A stretch of 64,000 bases of DNA from Candidatus Limnocylindrales bacterium (GTDB lineage Bacteria > Chloroflexota > Limnocylindria > Limnocylindrales > CSP1-4). A program made the position numbers and the translations under genes. The stretch spans positions 25,921-89,920 of the forward strand of contig JBBRSJ010000003.1 in NCBI GenBank assembly GCA_038245515.1. Direction: 5' to 3'. The first letter of the stretch is position 1; the number at the start of each line of letters is the position of its first letter. Below the pieces are notes generated by a model. The model saw only the letters and a program-made list of their open reading frames with translations. It had not been told where the DNA came from and made no database searches. Shown piece by piece: positions 57,648-64,000 of this stretch.

Positions 57648-59125
57648 CGATCATCGCCGAGGTGCCGACGCCCACGAGGATCGTGTTCGGGACCGATGGC
57701 TGGCGGGCGAAAGTCGCCGACGACTACACGTTCGAGAACGTCCGCCGCTGTGCCGATGGGGTGGCCCGCTACGTCGTCGAGCGCGGCGAGCAGGAGCGGG
57801 GCGTGGTCATCGCCTATGACCGGCGTTTCGCGTCCGAGCACTTCGCCGCCGCCGCCGCCGAGGTCGTGCTCGCCCACGGCATCCCGGTTTTCCTCGCCGC
57901 GAACGCCGTCCCGACCCAGATGACCTCGTACGAGGTCGTCCGGCGCGGCGCGTCGGCCGGGATCATGATCACGGCCTCCCACAACCCGTGGACCGACAAT
58001 GGATTCAAGGTCAAGGCGCCGACGGGCGCCGCCGCGGGCGGCGACATCCTGGCGGTCCTCGAGGCGGCCATCGCGACCAACGGCGGGACCGCGATCGAGC
58101 GGCGCCCCCTGGCCGACGCCGACGCCGCCGGCCTGGTCGAGCGGTTCGACCCGTTCGACGGCTACGAGCAGTACGTCCGCCGGACGATCGACCTCGACGC
58201 GCTCCGCGCGGCCGACCTCTCGATCCTCGTAGACCCGCTCTACGGCGTCGGGGCGGGCTGGATCCCGCGCCTCCTGCGCCACGGCCGGATCCGCGTCACC
58301 GAGATCCACTCCGAGCGCAACCCGTGGTTCGGCGGGATCAACCCCGAGCCGATCCGGCCGAATGTCGACGAGGCGCTGTCCCGGATCGGGGCCGGCGGCT
58401 TCGATCTCGGCCTGCTTCTCGACGGCGACGCGGACCGCGCGGGTGCCGCCGACGAGCGGGGCACGTTCATCCACCAGCTCGAGGTCACCGGGCTCCTGAT
58501 CTATCACCTCGCGGAGCACCGGGGCCTGCGCGAGCCCGTCGTGATCAGCGTCAACAACACCTCGATGGCCACTCGGCTGGGGGAGCGCTACGGGATTCCG
58601 ATCCATGAGACGCCGGTCGGTTTCAAGTACATCGGCCCCGAGATGATCGCGACCGGAGCGATGCTCGGCGGCGAGGAATCGGGCGGGTTCGGGTTCGGGA
58701 TGCACCTGCCGGAGCGCGACGGGATCTACGCCGACCTGATGCTTCTCGAGCTCTTCCTCGCGGAGAAGGCGGCCGGCCGCTGGCCGGTATCGAAGGCCCT
58801 CGCCCACTTCCACGAGATTGCTGGAGCGTCGTCCTACCGCCGGATCGACGTCCACGTCGACCGGGCGCTCTACGACGAGACGAAGCGGCGCCTCCTCGTT
58901 GACCTCCGGGAACAGACCCCGACCGAGCTCGACGGCCATCCGATCGAGCGGACGGTGCCGCTCGACACGGGCGACGGCTTCAAGTTCTTCCTGGCCGACG
59001 GGACGTGGCTGCTGATCCGGGCGAGCGGCACCGAGCCGCTGGTCCGGGTCTACACCGAGGCGACGTCGCCGGAGCTGCGCGAGGCAATGCTCGTGGCCGG
59101 CGAGCGGCTGGTCCGCGGATCGTGA
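57644..59125 (+). CDS. phosphomannomutase/phosphoglucomutase
   Basis: The GTG overlaps the manC stop (GTGA). The active-site loop ITASHNPWTDNGFKV, the Mg site LLLDGDADR and the sugar-binding GGEESGG are present. Confidence 0.9.
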   Translation: MTIIAEVPTPTRIVFGTDGWRAKVADDYTFENVRRCADGVARYVVERGEQERGVVIAYDRRFASEHFAAAAAEVVLAHGIPVFLAANAVPTQMTSYEVVRRGASAGIMITASHNPWTDNGFKVKAPTGAAAGGDILAVLEAAIATNGGTAIERRPLADADAAGLVERFDPFDGYEQYVRRTIDLDALRAADLSILVDPLYGVGAGWIPRLLRHGRIRVTEIHSERNPWFGGINPEPIRPNVDEALSRIGAGGFDLGLLLDGDADRAGAADERGTFIHQLEVTGLLIYHLAEHRGLREPVVISVNNTSMATRLGERYGIPIHETPVGFKYIGPEMIATGAMLGGEESGGFGFGMHLPERDGIYADLMLLELFLAEKAAGRWPVSKALAHFHEIAGASSYRRIDVHVDRALYDETKRRLLVDLREQTPTELDGHPIERTVPLDTGDGFKFFLADGTWLLIRASGTEPLVRVYTEATSPELREAMLVAGERLVRGS

Positions 59126-59529
59126 CCGACGCCGATCAGCCCGCCCCGCCTGCCCCGCCCGGCGCCTTCGCCACGCGCCACGTCGCCAAGCCCTGGGGCA
59201 GCGAACTGATCTGGGCACTGACCGACCGCTACTGCGGCAAGGTGATCACGATCGAGACCGGCCGTAGACTGTCCCTCCAGTACCACGAGCGCAAGGACGA
59301 GGCGATCTTCGTCTCGAGCGGCCGGCTGCTCCTCCACCTCGAGGATGACGCCGGGACGATGACGACCCGCGAGCTCGGACCCGGCGAGGCGGCCCACGTT
59401 GCGGTCGGTCGGCGCCATCGGTACGAGGCGATCGAGCGAGTGGAGCTGATCGAGGTCTCGACGCCCGAGCTCGACGACGTCGTACGGGTCGAGGACGATT
59501 TCGGGCGGGAGGGGACGTCCGCGCCGTAG
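59122..59529 (+). CDS. cupin-domain protein (type II phosphomannose isomerase-like)
   Basis: The GTG overlaps the upstream stop (GTGA). ..KPWGSELIWA..KVITIETGRRLSLQYHERKDEAIFVSSG.. matches the cupin that is normally fused to ManC. Confidence 0.75.
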   Translation: MTDADQPAPPAPPGAFATRHVAKPWGSELIWALTDRYCGKVITIETGRRLSLQYHERKDEAIFVSSGRLLLHLEDDAGTMTTRELGPGEAAHVAVGRRHRYEAIERVELIEVSTPELDDVVRVEDDFGREGTSAP

Positions 59530-59545
59530 CCGCCGGCCGGGGACC

Positions 59546-60892
59546 ATGAATGAGCTGGAAGCGCGCCTCCGCCGGCTCGGCCGCCAGAGCAGGGCCGCGG
59601 GGCTCGTCGCCGTCATCCTCCTTCCGGCTCTGCTGGGGGCCTGCGATTCGAGCACGGTGACCCCGCGGCCCGCGAGGACCACGGAAGCTTCGTCGCCCGG
59701 CGCGGCGTCGACCGTTCGATCGTCCCCGAGCCCGGACACTCCGGCGCCGTCGACCGCCCCGTCCGAGGGCCTGGCCGCGTCGTGGGCCCCGCTCGAAGCC
59801 TCTCCGTCGACCGGCCCGGTCATGGCCTCTCGGTACGACCAGGCCAAGTTCGGCTTCGCAGCGAAGGGCCTGCGCGGCGAGGTCATGGCGTTCGTCACGA
59901 CGTCCCAGGTCGACGATGCCCTTGCCGGCCTCGACTTCGCCGCAACCTCGACGATCGCATTCTTCAGCCTCGAGGCGTCCGCGGTCGGCCGGATCCGCGA
60001 CGATGGCCGCTGGACGATCTGGAACTCGGCCAATGTCGACAAGCTGATCGCGCGCGCCCACGCCAGTGGCACGAAGGTCGTCATCTCGCTGGCCCGGTTC
60101 TCCTGGTCGCCGCAGCAGACGGAGGTCTCGGCCACGCTCCTCGGGAGCAAGCCCGCCCGGGTCCGCCTGGCGCGGGCGGTGGCTGACGAGGTGGTCCGCC
60201 GCGGGGTCGACGGCGTCAACGTCGACTTCGAGCCGATCCCGACCGGCCACAAGGCCGAGTTCACCGATCTCGTCCGGCGGATCAGGACCGAGCTCGACGC
60301 CCGCGGCCCCGGCTACCAGCTGACGTTCGATGTCGTCGGCCATTTCGAGAGCTATGACGTGGCCGCAGCGCTCCGTCCGGGTGGCGCCGACGCGGTCTAC
60401 CTCATGGGCTATCACTTCGCGGGGACGTTCTCGACGATCGCCCACGGGACCGCGCCGCTCGACGGCCCGCGCTACTCCGTCGCCGACGCGATCCGCGGCC
60501 TGCTCAAGGTCGCGACGCCGCACCAGATCATCGCCGGCGTCCCGTACTACGGCCATCTCTGGCCGACGGCGAGCGGTGCCCTGAACGCCCGGACCACCGG
60601 CCGCGGCTACGACGTCCTGTACCGGGACGCGCGGCTGATCGGCCAGAGCCATGGCACGACGTACGACCCGGTCGAGGAGGTCCGCCGGTCGGCCTGGCGT
60701 GGCCGCGCCTGCGCGACCTGCCCGGTCCAATGGTTCCAGCTGTACTTTGACGACGCCCATTCGCTCGGCGTCAAATGGGCCGAGTTCACACGCCAGGGCC
60801 TCCTCGGCACGGGCGTCTGGACGACCGCCTTCGAGGGCGATTCGGGCGAGCTCGCGGCAGCGCTGCGGAAGGCCTGGCTGGTCGGCGGCTGA
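59546..60892 (+). CDS. glycoside hydrolase family 18 lipoprotein (chitinase/peptidoglycan hydrolase-like)
   Basis: Signal peptide with lipobox LLGAC. The catalytic motif is GVDGVNVDFEPIP (DxxDxDxE). Confidence 0.8.
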   Translation: MNELEARLRRLGRQSRAAGLVAVILLPALLGACDSSTVTPRPARTTEASSPGAASTVRSSPSPDTPAPSTAPSEGLAASWAPLEASPSTGPVMASRYDQAKFGFAAKGLRGEVMAFVTTSQVDDALAGLDFAATSTIAFFSLEASAVGRIRDDGRWTIWNSANVDKLIARAHASGTKVVISLARFSWSPQQTEVSATLLGSKPARVRLARAVADEVVRRGVDGVNVDFEPIPTGHKAEFTDLVRRIRTELDARGPGYQLTFDVVGHFESYDVAAALRPGGADAVYLMGYHFAGTFSTIAHGTAPLDGPRYSVADAIRGLLKVATPHQIIAGVPYYGHLWPTASGALNARTTGRGYDVLYRDARLIGQSHGTTYDPVEEVRRSAWRGRACATCPVQWFQLYFDDAHSLGVKWAEFTRQGLLGTGVWTTAFEGDSGELAAALRKAWLVGG

Positions 60893-61091
60893 CGGGCTCG
60901 GGTGTTGCCGCGAGTGATCCCCGCGGGTTCCGTTCCGGCTCCGAATCGGTCCGTCGTGACCCGATTCCGGGGGTGACCCGGGCCGCCACCGGGTGTATGG
61001 TGACGCCACGACCGCCACTCACCGGTCGGGTGCACGACCGGACATGGCGGCCTCGTCAGGGCCCCTCGGAGGGCTGCGGAGGTATGCGTCG

Positions 61092-61367
61092 ATGCACAGT
61101 TCCCTGATCGGCAAGGTCGAGAAGGCCAACCGCTACGCACGCGAACTCGATCGGATCACGGTCGACCGGGTCGCGCTCACGTTCCGCGGTGACAACGACA
61201 CGCACCATGTCAGTCTCGACGCCGGTCAGTGGCACTGCACCTGCCACTACTTCGACAGTTGGCAAACCTGCGTCCACGTCCTCTCCCTCCAGAAGATCAT
61301 GGGCGTGATGCTGCCCGAGGAAGCCCAGGAGTCGATCTTCTCGGCCCAGACGCCCGTCCCCGCCTGA
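61092..61367 (+). CDS. small SWIM zinc-finger protein
   Basis: 91 aa. WHCTCHYFDSWQTCVHVLSL fits the CxCx(n)CxH pattern. GGAGG lies 12 nt upstream of the ATG. Confidence 0.65.
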   Translation: MHSSLIGKVEKANRYARELDRITVDRVALTFRGDNDTHHVSLDAGQWHCTCHYFDSWQTCVHVLSLQKIMGVMLPEEAQESIFSAQTPVPA

Positions 61368-61437
61368 ACTCCGGCCGGCGACCTGATCGACGAGGGCGTC
61401 GGCCGACCGGCCGGCGCCCTTCCGATTCACTCCGCCG

Positions 61438-62409
61438 TCAGCGCAGCCATGCGACGGAGATCGGTCCGTCGCCGGCGACCTGGAGCGTGGGCACCGCGGT
61501 CCACACTCCGTCGGAGAGGACGACCATCTGGATCGTGGCGCCGCTGGTCGTGCGGCGCACGATCGCCAGCCTCGCGCCTGCGCCGTCGAGCGCCAGGCTC
61601 TCCGGTCCGGTCGCGGGCGGGCCGACGATCCGGGTCATGCGGGCCAGCCCATCCGCGGTCAGGTCCGCGCGCGCTCCGACGAACACGTTCCCGGAAGCCG
61701 ACTCGTCGATCGCGACGCGGGAGCCGTCCATGGACGCGGCAAGGGCCACCCCGAATGTCGGGAGGTCGGCGACGGCGTGCGATTCAAGGTCGATCGCGAC
61801 GAATCCGGACTGCTGGTTCGGCCCGATGGCGTCGATCGCGACGGTTGTCGGATCGAGCCAGATCGGCGGGCCGTTGAGCTGGTGGTCGACCGCCGTCGCC
61901 CGGCTGTCGCCGGACGGCAGCCCGACGACCACCAGATCGAATGTCTGGCCGGGCACGCTCTCTCGGGCGATGGCGATTCGATCTCCGGCCGGAGACAGGG
62001 CGAGCAGCGGCCGGTCGCCGCTGCCGTCGGTCGGAATGCTGAGCCGCTGCCAGTCGGGCCGGCCGTCACTCGCGTTGGGCGCGTGCCATGCGCCGAACCG
62101 GTCGTCGAGGACCACGATCGCACCGGAGCCCGCGGTGACCCCGACGATGACGGCGCCGATCGGGCCGGCGACCGGGTGAAGGTCGCCGGACGAATCGGTG
62201 GCCTGGAACGTTGCACCGCTGGCCACGAGCAGGCCTTCGACGGACGGCGGGGATGACGACGGTGCGCCCGATGGCAATCGGGAGACGGGAGGCGGGACGG
62301 GCGAGGAGCACGCGGCCAGACAGCCGGCCGCGAGGACGAGCGCGGCGCGCCGCCCCGACGCCGGGCGCCGGGACGACGAGCCGCGCAGGATCGGCGGATG
62401 GACGGTCAT
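61438..62409 (-). CDS. lipoprotein with PD40/TolB-like beta-propeller repeats
   Basis: The start ATG 62409 overlaps the upstream stop (ATGA). A lipobox is present (LAAGCLAAC). Repeated LSPAGDRIA / ASMDGSRVA / LDGAGARLA motifs occur. Confidence 0.6.
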   Translation of the reverse strand: MTVHPPILRGSSSRRPASGRRAALVLAAGCLAACSSPVPPPVSRLPSGAPSSSPPSVEGLLVASGATFQATDSSGDLHPVAGPIGAVIVGVTAGSGAIVVLDDRFGAWHAPNASDGRPDWQRLSIPTDGSGDRPLLALSPAGDRIAIARESVPGQTFDLVVVGLPSGDSRATAVDHQLNGPPIWLDPTTVAIDAIGPNQQSGFVAIDLESHAVADLPTFGVALAASMDGSRVAIDESASGNVFVGARADLTADGLARMTRIVGPPATGPESLALDGAGARLAIVRRTTSGATIQMVVLSDGVWTAVPTLQVAGDGPISVAWLR

Positions 62410-63305
62410 TCGACGAGATCGCCTCCGAGCAGGCTCCCGTCGCCTGCATCGATCCAGAGTTCGACCGACCGGAGGCGATCGACCAGTGCGCCGTGGGAAT
62501 CGTACCGGGCGATCCACGCGAGACGGAGCGTCTCCGCCCGGGCGTCCGCGCGGACCGGATCGAACGCGTCGTTCCGGGCGACCCACGCGCGTTCGACGCC
62601 GACCAGGCGAAGGTCAGAGGCGGCCGCGCCCAGCCGCCCCGCGACGAGCCCGCCGGCGGCGACGCGCGCGGCGGCGGGCGTCATTGACCGGGATGGCGCC
62701 GCGGCGAGGGGGCGGTCGGTCCGGGTGAGGCCGTGGAACGAGCCGTCCGGCCAGAGCGAGATCCGGGTGCCGTCGCCGCGGACCGGCACGCCGTCGACGA
62801 GGCGCTGCCAGGTGATCGACCAGCCGCCCGAAGCTGCCGAGCGGCGGACGTCCGGCGGACCGCCCGGTGCAAGCCCCGCGGCGAGAGCGAAGGCACGCCC
62901 GCGCGCGGTGGCGCCCGGTCCATCGACGGTCCGGCCGGCCCCAGGCTTCCAGCCGAGGGCAACGGCCATCGCGACAGACCCGTCGAGCTCGAATCGGCTG
63001 ATCGCGACCTCCCGACCGGCCGCATCAAACGAGGACACCTCGTCGTAGGTCCGGTGCTCGAAGGCATCGTCGAGCCGCCGCGCCCGATGACTGACGGATG
63101 GGATTCCGAGGGCGGCGTCGAGGGATCGGCCCCGCGCCTCCGCCCGGGCCAGATGGTCGGTCGGCGCGGCAACGGGCTGCGTCGAGCGATCGCCGGCCAC
63201 GACCGGATCGGCGGCCTGGCCCGCGGAAACGCCGATCACGAGGGTCGCGCCGAGAGCCATCGCGGGCAGGGCGAGACGACCGGGTCGCTTCATGAAGGTT
63301 CGCAT
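62406..63305 (-). CDS. secreted protein with two PepSY-like repeats
   Basis: The start is set at ATG 63305, preceded by GGAG. Sec signal: MKRPGRLALPAMALGATLVIGVSAGQA. The C-terminal ..LRLAWIARYDSHGALVDRLRSVELWIDAGDGSLLGGD resembles the PepSY ending ..v.vDa.tG.vl. An earlier, weaker copy is ..WSITWQRLVDGVPVRGDGTRISLWPDGSFHGL. Confidence 0.5.
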   Translation of the reverse strand: MRTFMKRPGRLALPAMALGATLVIGVSAGQAADPVVAGDRSTQPVAAPTDHLARAEARGRSLDAALGIPSVSHRARRLDDAFEHRTYDEVSSFDAAGREVAISRFELDGSVAMAVALGWKPGAGRTVDGPGATARGRAFALAAGLAPGGPPDVRRSAASGGWSITWQRLVDGVPVRGDGTRISLWPDGSFHGLTRTDRPLAAAPSRSMTPAAARVAAGGLVAGRLGAAASDLRLVGVERAWVARNDAFDPVRADARAETLRLAWIARYDSHGALVDRLRSVELWIDAGDGSLLGGDLVE

Positions 63306-63315
63306 CTCCGGCTCC

Positions 63316-64000
63316 TCAGAGACAGTTCGGGCAGGACGAGACCCAGGGACCGGCGACCCCTGTCCAGTAGTAGGTGCCCCACCAGTCGGCGTCGAACGCG
63401 GCGTCTCCGAACGCTCCGAGCATCGCGATGTCGAATGACGCACCGACCCCGCGGCCGGCCGCGAGGCTGTTCCAGAATCGCTGCTCGAAGATCCATTCGT
63501 CCGAGTCCCAGCGGAGGCCGATGTAGCCGACATAGAACTCCGGCCCCTGGGTGGCCTTGGCGATCGACTTGGTCTTGGCGATCGCGAAGGCGTCCGGCAT
63601 CGTCGTGTTGGCGTCGGCCGCGTGGCAGGTCGAGATGAACACCAGGTTGCTCTGCCGGGTGAGGCGCTTCGCCTTGATGTCCTTGGAGAAGACGATCGCC
63701 TGCGAGCAGTCTCCCGAATCTTCGCGGAAGCCGGTGTAGCGTCGGCCGTCCGTGTTCCAGTAGTAGTCGCCATGGCTGTGGACGTAGTAGCCCCAGTCGC
63801 CGGGCATCCGGTTCAGGGTCGCGGCCCGGGTGAAGGCCGTGCCGGTGAACGCGGAGGTGATGTGGCCGAGGCGCGTATAGGCCGCCTTGGCAGCAGCCTG
63901 CATCTTCGGGACGACGAAGTTCACGTCGCCATCGCAGGGCGGATTGAAGGCCGAGGCGTTGACGTCGACGGATGCGGGATACGCGGCCGCGAGCGATGCC
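63316..64000 (-). CDS. partial ORF (open to window edge): His..Cys peptidase-like domain, possibly clan CD (gingipain/caspase-fold)
   Basis: There are no stops from 64000 down to the TGA at 63316-63318. YYVHSHGDYYW ... NLVFISTCHAADA gives a His-Gly then Cys order, 49 residues apart. It is followed by GPEFYVGYIGLRWDSDEW..FWNSLAAGRGVGASF. It ends with SSCPNCL. The family call is tentative. Confidence 0.45.
   Translation of the reverse strand, partial: ASLAAAYPASVDVNASAFNPPCDGDVNFVVPKMQAAAKAAYTRLGHITSAFTGTAFTRAATLNRMPGDWGYYVHSHGDYYWNTDGRRYTGFREDSGDCSQAIVFSKDIKAKRLTRQSNLVFISTCHAADANTTMPDAFAIAKTKSIAKATQGPEFYVGYIGLRWDSDEWIFEQRFWNSLAAGRGVGASFDIAMLGAFGDAAFDADWWGTYYWTGVAGPWVSSCPNCL

Overview
This is a very GC-rich bacterial chromosomal window (roughly 70% G+C by eye, not computed). 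It is densely coding and dominated by housekeeping genes. Left third: pgk (3' end)-eno and rpsT, then a Bacillus-like block lepA-hemW-hrcA(CIRCE)-grpE-dnaK ... dnaJ-prmA-(membrane)-mtaB-HIT. A ~5.8 kb insert sits between dnaK and dnaJ and carries a decayed flavoprotein remnant, a PNPOx-like gene coupled to a PNPOx::MenA-like prenyltransferase fusion, an ABC-2 exporter and a family-5-like UDG. Middle: acyl-CoA ligase, rpsU-yqeY-pgpH-ybeY, pth-mfd, a decayed sensor kinase, an F420-type LLM oxidoreductase, a (Pro-Thr)~44 repeat surface protein and a Gfo/ThuA/MFS sugar cluster. These are followed by a SAM-cycle/methionine-salvage neighbourhood (apt, mtnA, GNAT, ahcY, S9 peptidase, kynU, metK, DinB-like). 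Right: a potABCD-like importer plus glcG, an HTH-cupin regulator, GDP-mannose genes (manC, PMM/PGM, cupin), GH18 and a SWIM protein. The window ends with a minus-strand operon of exported proteins (His..Cys peptidase-like, tandem PepSY-like, PD40-like lipoprotein) that runs off the edge. I recognised no rRNA, tRNA, CRISPR array, transposase or integrase. Many gene junctions are 1-4 nt start/stop overlaps. The long ORFs antisense to real genes are GC-driven artefacts. I see no obvious complete novel system. The best candidates for a second look are: (1) the PNPOx::MenA fusion module, (2) a 24-nt motif present three times in the convergent spacer at 50.4-50.6 kb, (3) the terminal peptidase-like/PepSY/PD40 operon, and (4) the PT-repeat anchored protein.
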